Notes: generated from the sequence alone by a model not told the origin. A stretch of DNA of 62,979 nucleotides, filler included, from Octopus bimaculoides (GCF_001194135.2; 4 parts of 3 records of this genome joined end to end with filler, not necessarily neighbours in it); one strand, 5' to 3'; shown: positions 15,300 through 28,571, counted from the first letter of the whole stretch. A program made the numbers and translations.

Positions 15300-16436
15300 A
15301 CCTTCTTCTTATTCTTAGAGCAAGTTTTGAAGAGTGCGGTTCGATTTTTCAAGTTATTTTTCAAAGCTATAATGGAAGTGACAAAGGTGCATATTCGGCA
15401 TATTTTGCTTTATGAGTTCAATAAAGGCTACAACGCAACGGAAAGTGCGAGGACTATTAAGGCAGTATATGGGGTCGGTCAATAAACGTAAGCCAATATC
15501 AACGGTGGTTCCAAAAAGTCCGAGCCGGATACTACAGCCTAGAAGACGAGCCTCGTCCTGGAAGATCTGTAGAGCTCAACGAGGACGTCCTACAAACCCT
15601 GATGGAACAAAAGCCCATCGTAACAGTTGAGGAACTAGCAGAGAAGCTTGGATGTGTTCATCCAACCATTTATCGACACCGGGGTGCCATCGGAAAAGTC
15701 AGAGAATTGGGTCAATGGGTTCCTCACAAACTTTCTAATCGCGCGCAGAGAGTGAATGTGTGCTCTTCTTTCCTGTCGCGTCTCACGAATGAACCTTTTT
15801 TGGACCGAATGGTGACTGGTGATAAGAAATGAGTTCTCTATAAAAATGTCAAACGCCGAAGACAGTGGGTAGGGAAATGAGAAACATCAGCATCCCACGT
15901 AAGGTCTTGTTACCTATTTGGTGGGATATGAAATGTTTCGTCCACTTTGAACTTTTAAGCCGAAAACAAACGATTACAAAGGAGATCTACTGCGAGCAGC
16001 TTGAGCGGCTTAAGTCAGCGCTAGAAGAAAAACGACCATCTTTGGTTTCAAGACGAAAGGTGTTCTTTCGTCAGGATAATACTCCGCCACATACAGTGAG
16101 GATGACATTCCAAAGGCTGGAGCAGTTTGAATGGGAAACGATGCCCCACCCACCGTATTCGCCGGACATTGCCCTATCTGATTATCGTTTATTCCGCACT
16201 CTTCAAAATCATTTCGACGGAAAATATATGAATTCTGAAGACGAGGTTAGAACAGTACTGGGGGAGTATTTTTCGTCACGGACAAGTGAATTTTGGAAGA
16301 TAAGCCTTGCAAGTCTAGCAGATAGATGGAAGAGCATTATAGAATAGGAAGGAAAGTATATATTAGATTTTTAAAAAAAAATTTGTTTATCTTAATTTTG
16401 TATTTAAAAACCCGCATTATTTATGGGATGACCCAA
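15300..16436 (+). mobile_element. Second mariner subfamily (DD34D), near full-length transposase pseudogene lacking the 5' TIR
   Basis: MEVTKVHIRHILLYEFNKG..GQWVPHKLS..VTGDKK*..QDNTPPH..PYSPDIALSDY (D34D); 3' TIR ...ATGGGATGACCCAA|TA at 16436; frameshifts. Confidence 0.95.
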
Positions 16437-16909
16437 TATTTTAAAATAGTCTAATGACTTTCGAGCAACCCTGTACAACTGAGCCCTGTTACATCATGAC
16501 ATCGCGTGACCTCAAACGATAATTAACCATGATATCGGATATGCTGTTTACACTAGTATCATGTTCAACAGTTCTGACAATGTTACTCTACAAAATCGCT
16601 CAAATTTAGAAAATACTTTAACATCGTCTTCCCACCCACCCTTTCTCACAAATACCTTACACCTCACTCACTGTTTGAAACACAGCCTTTACACGCCTTC
16701 TCCTTTGCTCCCCCATTCTCTGTCTGTCTGTCTGTCTATCTATCTATCCATCTAAATATTCCCTTCCATTGCTTCTCGCAAGAGTGACATTCATACACAA
16801 TGTGTGTACGTGTGGCCAGCTTCTTTGCCGTTTTAACCGAAGCACAGAAATGAATACAGACATGCACAGGCACACATTCACAGAAACATACACACGCACG
16901 CACGCACAC

Positions 16910-16962
<53 letters not shown>

Positions 16963-18017
16963 TGCATATAGCCATATATGCATCATGCTTAATACATACA
17001 CACTGTCAATAAGTCTTCAAGCATTATTTGTCCTGGAACGAATTCTTTTACGGATTTGCTGATTTAAAGACAATAAATATNNNNNNNNNNNNNNNNNNNN
17101 NNNNNNNNNNNNNNNNNNNNNNNNNNNNNNNNNNNNNNNNNNNNNNNNNNNNNNNNNNNNNNNNNNNNNNNNNNNNNNNNNNNNNNNNNNNNNNNNNNNN
17201 NNNNNNNNNNNNNNNNNNNNNNNNNNNNNNNNNNNNNNNNNNNNNNNNNNNNNNNNNNNNNNNNNNNNNNNNNNNNNNNNNNNNNNNNNNNNNNNNNNNN
17301 NNNNNNNNNNNNNNNNNNNNNNNNNNNNNNNNNNNNNNNNNNNNNNNNNNNNNNNNNNNNNNNNNNNNNNNNNNNNNNNNNNNNNNNNNNNNNNNNNNNN
17401 NNNNNNNNNNNNNNNNNNNNNNNNNNNNNNNNNNNNNNNNNNNNNNNNNNNNNNNNNNNNNNNNNNNNNNNNNNNNNNNNNNNNNNNNNNNNNNNNNNNN
17501 NNNNNNNNNNNNNNNNNNNNNNNNNNNNNNNNNNNNNNNNNNNNNNNNNNNNNNNNNNNNNNNNNNNNNNNNNNNNNNNNNNNNNNNNNNNNNNNNNNNN
17601 NNNNNNNNNNNNNNNNNNNNNNNNNNNNNNNNTATATATATACAAACTGTGCGTGTGTGCGCTCGCTCGCGCGCGCGCGTGTGTTTTTGTGTTTGTATGT
17701 ATGTATGTATGTATGCTGGAGTCTGGCTTGCTGGAAAACCACTGGGAGTAAGTCCCTCATAGCTTTGTTAGTGCATGTCTCTTGGAGAAGGCCACTTTGA
17801 TATAAATAAAACCAGGCATGCAAAGAATGGTATTCAACGTTTCAGGGGAGCAGTGGTTGGCACTTGCGAGTCATTCTTGAGCATGCGATCCATATATGCA
17901 CCGGATATCTTGCTCTGGCTTGTCTCTAGATCATGTCAGTAGGATGGAGGTCTTATTGGGCATAACATTTCAGATTGTGTGGTCACCGTGGCGAACTTCG
18001 AAGCTACGGACACAAAG

Positions 18018-18056
18018 TTTTTTTACGTTTCGAGCCTACGCTCTTCAACAGAAAGG
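18018..18056 (-). ncRNA. Minimal hammerhead-ribozyme-like motif, copy 1 (PLE-type repeat)
   Basis: Minus strand: UUU CUGUUGA A GAGC GUAG GCUC GAAAC GUA AAA. Core with A6U, 4-bp stem II with tetraloop, ACGU palindromic stem III, 3-bp stem I. Confidence 0.65.
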
Positions 18057-18138
18057 AATAAAAGAAAATAAACAGAAAGAAAAAAAAAACTCGTGGATTT
18101 AGCAACCAATCATATACACATATATACACAAATATATA

Positions 18139-18238
18139 NNNNNNNNNNNNNNNNNNNNNNNNNNNNNNNNNNNNNNNNNNNNTTAATTAATTAANNNNNN
18201 NNNNNNNNNNNNNNNNNNNNNNNNNNNNNNNNNNNNNN
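18139..18238. other. Artificial scaffold linker: 44 N + TTAATTAATTAA + 44 N
   Basis: Exactly 100 bp; the identical block recurs at 48170 and 60138; the 12-mer gives stops in all six frames. Confidence 0.95.
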
Positions 18239-18469
18239 ACATAAATACGATGTGTAAAAACACATAAAGATACATAAAAAGTAAATATAAAAATATATAA
18301 AAAGTAAATATAAAAAAAGTAGTAAATATTAAAAAAAATATTTAAAAAAAAAATATATATATAAAAAGAAATGCATATAAAATATACACACACACAGCAC
18401 AACAACACGCGCACACAGAATTTAAACACACACACAGAAACAAACATTGTTGGGTGGACGTTACTACAC

Positions 18470-18700
18470 AGTAGTTCTTACGTCCTTTCGACGAGTCTTA
18501 TTTTTCATCCCGCAGGATGCCAACAATCACCCTCCTCACCAAGCGAGCTTGGTGAGGTTGCCAGTTTAGTCGCTGACGACCCGACCATGAGACAGGTTAT
18601 ACTGGATTACATGTTACCAGTAGCGCTCAGGAATACTTATAAGAGCGACCTGACATAACATACATACATACATACATACATACATACATACATACATACA
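18470..18700. repeat. Structured GC-richer repeat fragment next to (ACAT)n, possibly a LINE end
   Basis: Four hairpins in about 115 bp, including perfect CCTCACCAAGC-GA-GCTTGGTGAGG (18534-18557); the family assignment is inference. Confidence 0.45.
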
Positions 18701-19849
18701 TACGTTATACACACCGACACACACACTAAGTAACGTTTTGAGAATTATTTTTCTTACTTTCGTCTACTCATTCATTTCATTAAATGTAATTGTAAATGTC
18801 TTCTGTAGGAGAATTTCAACAGATATGTTGATTGAATACATTTATGGTTTTCCGTATTGTAAATTACTAGCGCGTTCCTATCGGTGTCTGTCTGTCCATC
18901 AAAATGTATTTGTGAATGCGTATGTGTGTGTGTTTGTGTGCATGTGTGTGTGTGTTTGTGTGTGGGGATGGGGGGTGTATGCGTGCGTGTATGAAAAAGT
19001 GGGCGTTAATAATGACGTATTTGTTTGTTATATGATCTTTTCTAAGCTTCTTTTATAACTATTCGATTATAAAGTTCATATATGTATGGAAGATTGTTTG
19101 CTTCTTGGTATATTTGCATCTATGTATATATATGCATACATAGATGCATACATATATAAATGAATATACACATACGAAAGTATATTTAATATATATACGT
19201 GTGTGTGTGTCTGTGCGCGTATATGTAAGCTATATATACATATACTTCATAAAAATATTATATGCACTTACGTATGTATCTATGTATGTAAGTATGTATG
19301 TTGGTATGTATGTATATATGTACGTATACACGTATGTATGAATGTATGTATGTATTATGTGTGTGTGTGTGTGTGCACGCGTGGAACAATGTGTAATAAC
19401 GTGACTGGGTGGAGAATCAAATTTCAAGTTTCCATGATTTTTATTCAATGAAAAGTATCACGTTGTGAATATGTAATGACTCCACATATTAAGCAATAAA
19501 ATTATTTTAATTTTTAAGTAAAATGTGAGCCGTGTGTGTCAGTCCTGAAACGTTTTAGTCTCCACACCTTGCACACACAGGTACGCGCACTCAGACGTAC
19601 GCAGATATATTTTCATGCATACACTCATAATGCATACATACACAAATAGCGTATGTATGTACACATACATAACACATAATCAACGTACACATATACAATA
19701 TCATATATACACATCTATGCTACTTATATCCATAGTCACAAATGTTTCACCTCCCAAATTACAGCCTAACAATTTTGCAGAATCGTTTTGCTCTCCACTT
19801 GTCAATCATTAATGTTTTTTTGTTTTTTTTTAGCAGATGTGGCACTGAG

Positions 19850-20469
19850 AATGCTTGTAGTTTGCCTCGCATCTAACTCAAAACCGCATATACTAGGTTA
19901 AACTTCCTTCAGAACTATCTTTTTCCTTTCCCCAGGATTGTCACGAGACATCAATTTCACCGCCTCGGACATTATTCCTTCCATTATCCCCAAACTCCCT
20001 CTTTCAATTCCCCTTAATGACCACCAGAACAACTTCAAAGATGCCATCAATATCAGAAAAGCTTTCAACTGAGTCTGACACGTGAATCTTCAGTCAAACT
20101 GCCCGCCTTGATCTCCATCTAACTCTCATCTCTTGAGCTAGTGGCTATCCGTCATCGCACTATTGAGGTATCTACCAAAGTGACTCTATCCCACATCCTA
20201 TCAACTTGGGTTCACTCCAAGATTTGCTTTTGTACTTCTCGTTCTTCTTTCTATATACGAACGAACCACTTGCCGTCGCCTCCAGCCAACGTTTGTCACT
20301 AACCTTCCACACCTTAGTGCCATCCATATGAAACCTTGATACCAAATCTGACTCCAGGAGCAAAGCCAGAAAAGCATCCACTCATCGGATCATATCAATC
20401 TTGTCTCAATCAATATCAAATGCAGACAGTTACTACTGATATCAAGGAAACACTAGCGCACTTTCACAA

Positions 20470-20501
<32 letters not shown>

Positions 20502-21040
20502 ACACATACACACACACACAAACGCACACACACCTACACACACACACCTACACACACACANNNNNNNNNNCACACACACAAACGCACACACACCTACACA
20601 CACACACCTACACACACACATACCTACACACACTCACACCTACACACAACTACACACATAAGCACGCACGCACGCACAGAACTCATCTCTGTTGAAGACT
20701 ACGCTCAAGGCGAAAGTACATCCTCATCATAGCCAGACTGCATCTCAGAGTCCCGTCAATTACTGCACCGCTGCAAAGCTCAAGTGATCCACAACAAATT
20801 ACTACTCCTGTATCTGGGACAGTGTTACCGTTAAACACACTGCCATCCAAGATCGCAACCAAAGAAGGACTGATTGATATGATATCGGTCACACACTCAA
20901 CTTCAGAGCGACGAACAACCTGGCTGTTGTCTATATCATTTTTAGTGTTACAGAAGTCAGCTTTCTGAGCGCTGACTGTTCTCGTACCACTTGTAAACAG
21001 GTATTTCTTACTCAGTCGTTGCTTCTTCCCTGGCACCCAT
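19850..21040 (+). mobile_element. Highly decayed CR1/Jockey-like LINE RT fragment interrupted by a (CA)n array
   Basis: AINIRKAFN*V*H resembles ALDISKAFDRVWH; INLGSLQD..FFLYTNE resembles INSGVPQGSVLSPTLFLLFIND. Confidence 0.55.
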
Positions 21041-21340
21041 TATGTATATCCACCACCCATTAATCCCAAGCTAACCACTAATCCCAATCGTTTCCTCTGC
21101 AGAATGTTTATTTTCAGTTATTCCCCACTACAGATGCTTTGATAGAAACAACGATGTATAACGGTTCAAGGGGGAATTGAACAGCGCTAATTACATCGGC
21201 CTCAGAGGTGGGAGTGCAATCACCATCGCCTGAGCCATTTCCCCAAATCAAACTAAGACGTACATGAGCATGTGTGTATATGTGTGTATTATACATGATT
21301 GTGTGTGCATGGTGTATGCGTTTCTCATTTTCTCTCTCTG

Positions 21341-21379
<39 letters not shown>

Positions 21380-21409
21380 CTCTTTTTTTCTGCATATACA
21401 CATAATATG

Positions 21410-21452
<43 letters not shown>

Positions 21453-21579
21453 GTGTGTGTAAAGCGATAGGGGCGGATAAAGAGATTGGTGTATATGTAC
21501 ATGCATATATGTATAGATGAGTAGAAAGTTATATGTGCTTAAGTATCATAAATGTATACATACTTTTCGCACATTTTTG

Positions 21580-21654
<75 letters not shown>

Positions 21655-22739
21655 TTATACACACATTTCTTTAAAATTCAAAAGCATTGAGAGAGGTTTG
21701 CTGTGTCTAAATTTATTTGGTTTGGATCTGGGGTGGAGTCGGTATTTTGCATGTATTGAAGAATTCGGTGCATAGTTTTGGTAATGGTGACTTTAACTAT
21801 TGTGGTTTTATAGATAATGGTAGTGAAAGTGTTATCGTCATAATACGTATAACGGTGATGGTGAGAGTGATGTCAGGATGAAAGTCACGGTGATGATGGT
21901 GGTGGTGATGGTGGTCATTATAAACTAGATGTAGCATTACATGACGTTTTAGCCTTTGCTTCCTCAATGAATATTGATTTCATTTATCAAAACACAAAAG
22001 TCTCTTTTATCAAAGCCACCATGAAAAGACAGCATTATTCCACCGTTGACAATATTTTTAAACCACCTACTCACTAAATATCATTTTTGCTCTGTTACAA
22101 TTTCTCACAAAGCCACACCAATCACCTGTTTATCTCGGTAATATATCATGAGTACGACAAATGGAGAGTTTAGTTAATTATTTATTCACATATTTATGTA
22201 TTTTGTGCACCTGTAAAATATACTACAACATAGCAGCTAGATTTGATTATCTTTGAAAAAAAACTTCGTATCTTTGTCTTTCACAACTTTTCTATTATAC
22301 TGTAAATACTCAATATCACTTATAAGTTTTTTTTTAATACTACACGACTATTATAGTCTGTTGCTAGCTTTAGAAATTGTTCACAAAATAAATAAGCTGT
22401 TTTCTTTACATCTTTATGTAATCAAAGATGTGTTCAATATCAGAATTTTCAAAAAATTCAATGATTTTAGAATGTCACATATGCTGGAGAAAGATGCTCT
22501 TGACCTGTTCTTAAACCACTATTTTTTATGAACAAATGTGAAATCTGAAACACAACTAGAATCTTTGGTGCAGACAATTCAGTGATATAGCCATGATAAG
22601 TATGAAATTTGTGAAATGAAAGAAAACGTACAAAAAAAAAACTATCTATACAGACTAAAACTTTCTAAATTCTAATTTCATGTGAGGATTCTAACTCAAT
22701 CATCAAATCTTATGAAAATAACTAGCGTCACAAATTATA

Positions 22740-23060
22740 TTGCAGCTGAAGAAAATAACGAAATCCGAGAAGACTCTTAACAAAAGCGAAATTCACAACA
22801 GAGGGAAAATAATTCAAGCAGCAAAATGTGGAGACCTTCATTGTAGGATGTGTAAATTAAGTGAACAGAGCAAAAGCAAAAACTTCAACAATAAAAAAGA
22901 ATTAAGGGTTAATGCAAATACAGATTGCAAAACAATGAGAAATCTCAATTACTGCATCACGTGCCCACACTGCAATGAAAATGTTTTCACGCGTTGTCTT
23001 GCGAGAACACAGACGGAATGGTCCGTTTAACGTTATTTCTCTGGGGTGGGAGTCATACGC
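22740..23060 (+). mobile_element. Penelope-like element, Cys-rich linker plus start of GIY-YIG (decayed)
   Basis: KCGDLHCRMCK..DCKTMRNLNYCITCPHCNE matches the PLE C-x4-C-x2-C..NLIYCITC-x2-C pattern. Confidence 0.7.
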
Positions 23061-23809
23061 CTGTGAGATTTGAAAGCTATAATGTAACATTTTATTTTGA
23101 AAACTACCCCTCTAGTTAAGGCTGAGAAAAAACTTTTATATAATGTTCAAGTACAATATCGGTGTGAAAGTTTAGGGAGTTTTAATGTATTCTTCAAACG
23201 TTAGGTGCAACAGATGTCAAAAAAGCGAATTAGAAACTGACTAAAAGACACAAAAAGTGACTCTGAGCGCCAAATGTGATTAGGACAGTTAGTGAATGAA
23301 ATTCTCGTTGGTGACAGCAGAGATATTGGCGTTGGTGACGACTATAAACTATTGCTAAAGAAACACAAATCTCAGTTATATAAGCATCTCTTTATAACGT
23401 AATTTCATACATTATCTAATTACAGGAAAAAAATTTCCGTAATATTAAGAACATCTCACAACCTTTGGGTACACATCCGATAGAACCTTCAGTAATGTAA
23501 ACATCTGTAACTCTACTCATTTGACGAGCTACTTTATTCCAACCCTGTCGCAATTGTTATCGATATGATATTCATGCTCCAACTAGCTGTTGACTTAGTC
23601 CTTTCTATGTTCAGCGCAACCTTCTCCGAATGGATGACAGAAACCAGTGGAGTACAACACTTTTACAGATTCAGAATGACAAAGAACCTCCTCAACGTCT
23701 TTCTCCACTTCATTTTGCTCATTTGTTGTCCACAACAGATAAATTATATTAAGGATTTAGTAACTTTATATTTCTATATTCTGAAATGTTAAATAATGTT
23801 ATAAAATTT

Positions 23810-24050
23810 ATATTTATATGTTATCCTGCACGTAATGGAGTTTCCACGGACAAAAATTCAGTTCTTTATGCAACACTGTACGTATCGTGTGACTTGTTAG
23901 TTCGCTTTCACGAGCTGCTTGACGTGTTGATTTTTGTGGGCTGCGATTAAGCCTTTCCTGTCCTGTTGCCACGTTCTCCATTGGTCGGGATTTGGTTGGA
24001 CGGTCACTTCTTCTTGCATCGTTCACAGAGCCCGTGGTCATCAGCTTCGC
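23810..24050 (-). mobile_element. Tc1/mariner N-terminal HTH fragment
   Basis: TGSVNDARRSDRP..ENV..RSPQKSTRQAARE..HKELNFCPWKLHYVQ. Confidence 0.75.
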
Positions 24051-24059
24051 ATCACAACT

Positions 24060-24890
24060 TTTTATTGTCTCTGGGCGTAGTGTTGCATAATTACCTTTCC
24101 AATGACAATGTCGAACTGGGTGAATCTATGGACCAGTTAATCACGACTGTGCTGGAGTTCCATTGAGTCAACCCTATACCCATTCTGATATCGGAGTTGA
24201 TACTATCGAGAATATATTTGCCAATGATACTTATTTCACTTTTAGAGGGGTTGATCAACCTGTATTTTGGAGTTGGAGAAGAAATTGGTCCTAAAGTGTA
24301 ATATAGGGGGGGGTCACATAGCGAGGCAGTCCACGCGATCGTCTGTATTAAGGCGGATTGCTAGCACTTTTGCTTCTATGTTTATGTCATTGTATGTGGA
24401 ATTACAGATTTTTTTTATGTTATGGTGATGGCACTTGTAAGAAGTCTTGAGTATGTGGAAGAGTTAACTTCATAAATGTTCTTTGTTTTGTCTGCGATGG
24501 TGTGTGTGTGTTGGGTGATTCTTTAATGCTGGTCATATAGTCATTTAGGGATTTAAAGAAGGAGTTAGAATAATGCCAAAACCCTACCTTCTTTACAATG
24601 TTCCATAGATCAGTCTCAAAGTTCTCAAAGTCTTTCATACGTGGAGTGAGGCACATTCGGAATTTGAAGCCGAATTTATCCGTAGATGTAGTGGTGGATG
24701 GATTTTCCTCGAAGAAAGCCTTCCAGCGCATGCGTTTGATGAAACTTTCGGTCTTCGTAAGTCGCGTCAAGCGGATTTTCCTTGGAGGTATTTGGATATT
24801 CCTCAACGAGTACGGTAGTAGCTGTCTCTCCATTGCAAACTGTTGGTCAGACGTTTGCGAATGGTGTTCAACAGAGTCTGGAGCAATTGT
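24060..24890 (-). mobile_element. Penelope-like ORF fragment (N-terminal domain to start of RT), inverted relative to the adjacent GIY-YIG segment
   Basis: YSLRNIQIP..FIKRMRWKAFF..FETDL..DKTKNIY..RLINPSKSEISIIGKYILDSIN; frameshifted. Confidence 0.85.
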
Positions 24891-24894
24891 ACGA

Positions 24895-25560
24895 GTTAGA
24901 GTTTATTGGGAGTTGCATGTATAGATCAATACCACCATATTCACCCGGTGTCCCCAAGTGGCAGCTCTGCCTCCGCGAAAAACTACATATCCTCCAATAA
25001 CCAGCAGTAACTATCAATCTGCAACTTCGAAACCCCACCATGTGCCCTCTAGAAGGATCCTATCTCTCAAGGGCTGTAGTATACAGAGCCACCATTACAC
25101 TATCCGATGGCATTACTAGGTATTATACGAGTATGACAGCTAATGTCTTCAAGAGAAGATACTTCCAGCATATGCACTAGTTCAGATCCAGAAACAGAGA
25201 GAACTCTACTTCCCTGTCTCGTTTACTCTGGAGACTCCGTGACCGCCAAGACGAAACACCCAACATCTAGTGGACTATTGTCGACAGAGCGCCATCATAT
25301 TCACCCGGTGCTCCCAACCAGCTGCTCTGCCTCCACGAAAAATTGCATATCCTCCAACAACCCGCAGTATCCATCAACAAGAAATATGATTTATCCTTAC
25401 TGTCACCAGAGGTATGCCCTTCTGGCAAATTTCAAGCCTCTGACTGCTATCAACCTGGATATACCACCTTAGTACCAGCTGCTACTCTGCACCAAGATCA
25501 CCGTCACCAACCAACCCCATGAGTATGACTGCCAATTACCAATTCCCAACGCTTACCAAT
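24895..25560 (+). mobile_element. Penelope-like GIY-YIG endonuclease and 3' end, with a duplicated piece in front
   Basis: CPLEG..AVVYRATI..FKRRY..ENSTSLSRLLW..SYSPG..LCLHEKLHIL; ~24915-25010 repeats ~25275-25370. Confidence 0.88.
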
Positions 25561-26100
25561 CTCCAATGCTTGTCATGCGCATGTATACTCATGCATGCAC
25601 GCGCGCGAGTACGCACGCGCACGTGCATGTGTGTATGCGCGCACACTAGTATGCATACGTACATGCATGCATGCATATATACATATGTATATATGAAAGA
25701 ATACGAACGTGTGTGCGCGTACGTATATGTATATTCATGTGTGTAGACGTGTGTATGTGTGTGCGTACGCGTGCGCGCCCATGCGTAGATGTACACGCTC
25801 GCATCAATACAGAGCGCGTCTACACACTTACATGTATGACTATATACAACCCCTTCCTACATACACTCCAACAACCCGACCGATTTCCTGTTCACCATGC
25901 GGTATTTACCATCTAACTGTTGTAGCTGATATACCGATATACCAACATCAAACTACGACATTGTGTAACCTTCCTCGATCAATCCCAGCCCATCTTACGG
26001 TAATAACAATCAGCTCCTTTCATTCAAAACTCGGAGTACTAACGAATTTGAATCAAACTGTTTTCATCTATACATGTAACTCCTAATAAATTTGTTGAGT

Positions 26101-26232
26101 GCCCTTCTTTCATTTGTCAGCTCACAAGGCTTTGGTCGGCCGAAAACTATAGTAGAAGACACTTGCCCAAAGTGCCACGCAATGGGACTCAACCCGGATC
26201 CATGTACTTGGGAAGCAAAGCTCCACACACAC
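26101..26232 (-). mobile_element. tRNA-derived SINE head with a CORE-like segment (truncated)
   Basis: rc GGGTTGAGTCCCATTGCGTGGCACTTTGGGCAAGTGTCTTCTACTATAG; the TTGGGCAAG motif resembles the CORE domain. Confidence 0.75.
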
Positions 26233-26250
26233 ACACATATATATATATAC

Positions 26251-26303
<53 letters not shown>

Positions 26304-26426
26304 ATTAAGATTCAGTTGAATTAGATACTTAAGTTGAAGCACCAAGTGTCAGTCCGGTATTATCCGCACAGCTTGAAGTAAGGTGAATAAAATCCTGTTG
26401 CTTACTTTGATTTTATATATATATAT

Positions 26427-26480
<54 letters not shown>

Positions 26481-27108
26481 GGCAGACAGGCAGACAGGCA
26501 GGCAGGCAGACAGACAGATTATAGATAGATAGGTAGATGGATCATAATATAATATAATATAATATTTGATAAAAATAGAAGTCAAACCTATTGCCATGTA
26601 GGGTAAATTACTTTATTGCATGCATTCAAATAAGAGCAAAAACCGATGATCTTGATGATCTTGCAATTCTAGTGAAAGAATGTACGCCAAGAAGTAATAG
26701 CACTTCTATGAAATATTTCTATAATGAATTGCCAACACAAAACGTATAGTGTCCAAATGTCATATTTAGTAAAAGCAGCTGCTCACGTCTAATAATACAA
26801 AAAGGTTACTAAGGAAATTATTTTCATCATAGCCAGCTTTATATATCGGATTGAAAAAGCCACAACAATTACTGTCGAAATTACTTTAAAACTGAATATT
26901 TTATAAATCTGTCAGATACGTACGGAAAGAAAGAAAGATAGGTATTTGATGTTGGAATTATCAATTTAATCAAATCTAGAATTGGAATATAATTTCAGAC
27001 CTTTACTTGTTCACATATGGAATGAAGGAGGATGCGATACAACGATAAGGTATTTTGCGATATCTTTCAAAAATTATTCCTCATTAATGTATGATGCTAT
27101 TTAAACAT

Positions 27109-27464
27109 GTTGGCACTCCGTCGCTTACGACGTCGAGGGTTCCAGTTGATCCGATCAACGGAACAGCCTGCTCGTGAAATTAACGTGCAAGTGGCTGAGC
27201 ACTTCACAGATACGTGTACCCTTAACGTAGTTCTCGGAAATATTCGGCGTGACACAGTGTGACAAGGCTGACCCTTTGAATTACAGGCACAACAGAAACA
27301 GGAAGTAAGAGTAAGTTGTGGTGAAAGAGTACAGCAGGATTCGCCACCATGGAGATTTAGGTGTTTTCGCTCAAAAAACACTCACAACGCCCGGTCTGGG
27401 AATCGACACCACGATCCTATGACCGCGAGTCCGCTGCCCTAACCACTGGGCCATTGCGCCTCCA
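27109..27464 (-). mobile_element. Full-length tRNA-derived SINE with 12-bp TSD
   Basis: Head GTGGAGGCGCAATGGCCCAGTGGTTAGG (A box) and GTGTCGATTCC (B box-like); TSD CTATTTAAACAT at 27097-27108 and 27465-27476. Confidence 0.93.
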
Positions 27465-28571
27465 CTATTTAAACATAATACAATAAAGACGGACAACATG
27501 TGATCGGGAACAGAATGGTGGTTTCCAGTCTTAACAACGTCATTTCATATATGCATATCAATTGCATATTAGTGAATGATTGTTACAGTAAACGACATGC
27601 TACTATAGCAAACGATATATTTTTATTTTAACAGAAAGAACCCTATTGAGAATGGTATATGTTTATAGTCTATAACACAATGCTAACGTCAACGACACAA
27701 CACTGTAGTGAACGGTGCCGTAAATTAGTTAACGTCATAATACTACAGTGAACAACATAATGGTATCTAATTTAGACATAAGACCAGCACTTTTGAGGGG
27801 AAGGGCTAAATCAATGCCCCCGACCTCAATATTTGACTGATGCCTTACTTTATTGCTCCAGCAAAGTTGAAATGAAGTATCAAAATACAGTGTCAACATA
27901 ATCATTCAAGTTTGCTTTTTCTTAACATTTTGTGTGCTTTTTATGTGCATTGTTGTTTTTGTTGTTGTTTAACCCAATGTCTGCCCCCACTTAGCGTTTT
28001 AGTCTTAGTTATTCAGTTTTTTGTTTTCATTCTTCTTTTCTTTTCTATTTCGCAGTAGTATGTGATTTGGGCAAGATGATTCACATCAAACCAAATATGA
28101 CAGAGGAATCAGTTTGTTTGTTTTGTTTGTTTGTTTTATTACCAGGGGTAAATATTTATATCCTATACTCATTTACATTCCCAACTACGATACCAGCCAA
28201 GAAACAAATCAGTGAAGAAAGAGAGTCTCTGCAGTAACTCGACCTCTTACAAGTAGCATGTAGTTAAATAGACGCCAACTCAGTGGCCAAAATTGTAGCA
28301 GCATAAAGAGCTAAAGTCCAAGTCAAGTAACAGCCCTATGTACAAAACTTAGGCCGAGAAACAGAAAATACCTTCAAGAGGTGAATCATTGTTAAGATTA
28401 TAATGTTAATTACACTCACAGTATAATAATGTAGTTTCTGCATGAATGAGTGATTTCAGTTAGCAATTAGTATTTAGCCCTTTCCTCAAATCTTATATTA
28501 TACTGTGTTAAGCACATGCTTACTTCACGGTTTTGATTTTGAGAGTTTAGGCAGACGAAACTAATACTTTT

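Noticed and set aside
20521-20620. About 50-bp direct repeat on both sides of a 10-N gap
   Set aside because: Likely overlapping contig ends in a CA-rich array (assembly artefact).
21114-21253. Minus-strand frame containing SEADVISAVQF, reminiscent of the PP2A B55 N-terminus
   Set aside because: The similarity stops after about 10 residues and the conserved ELLATGDKGGRV does not follow.
27400-27464. tRNA gene
   Set aside because: The tRNA-like A/B boxes continue into a SINE body flanked by TSDs; the same applies at 28572 and 41984.
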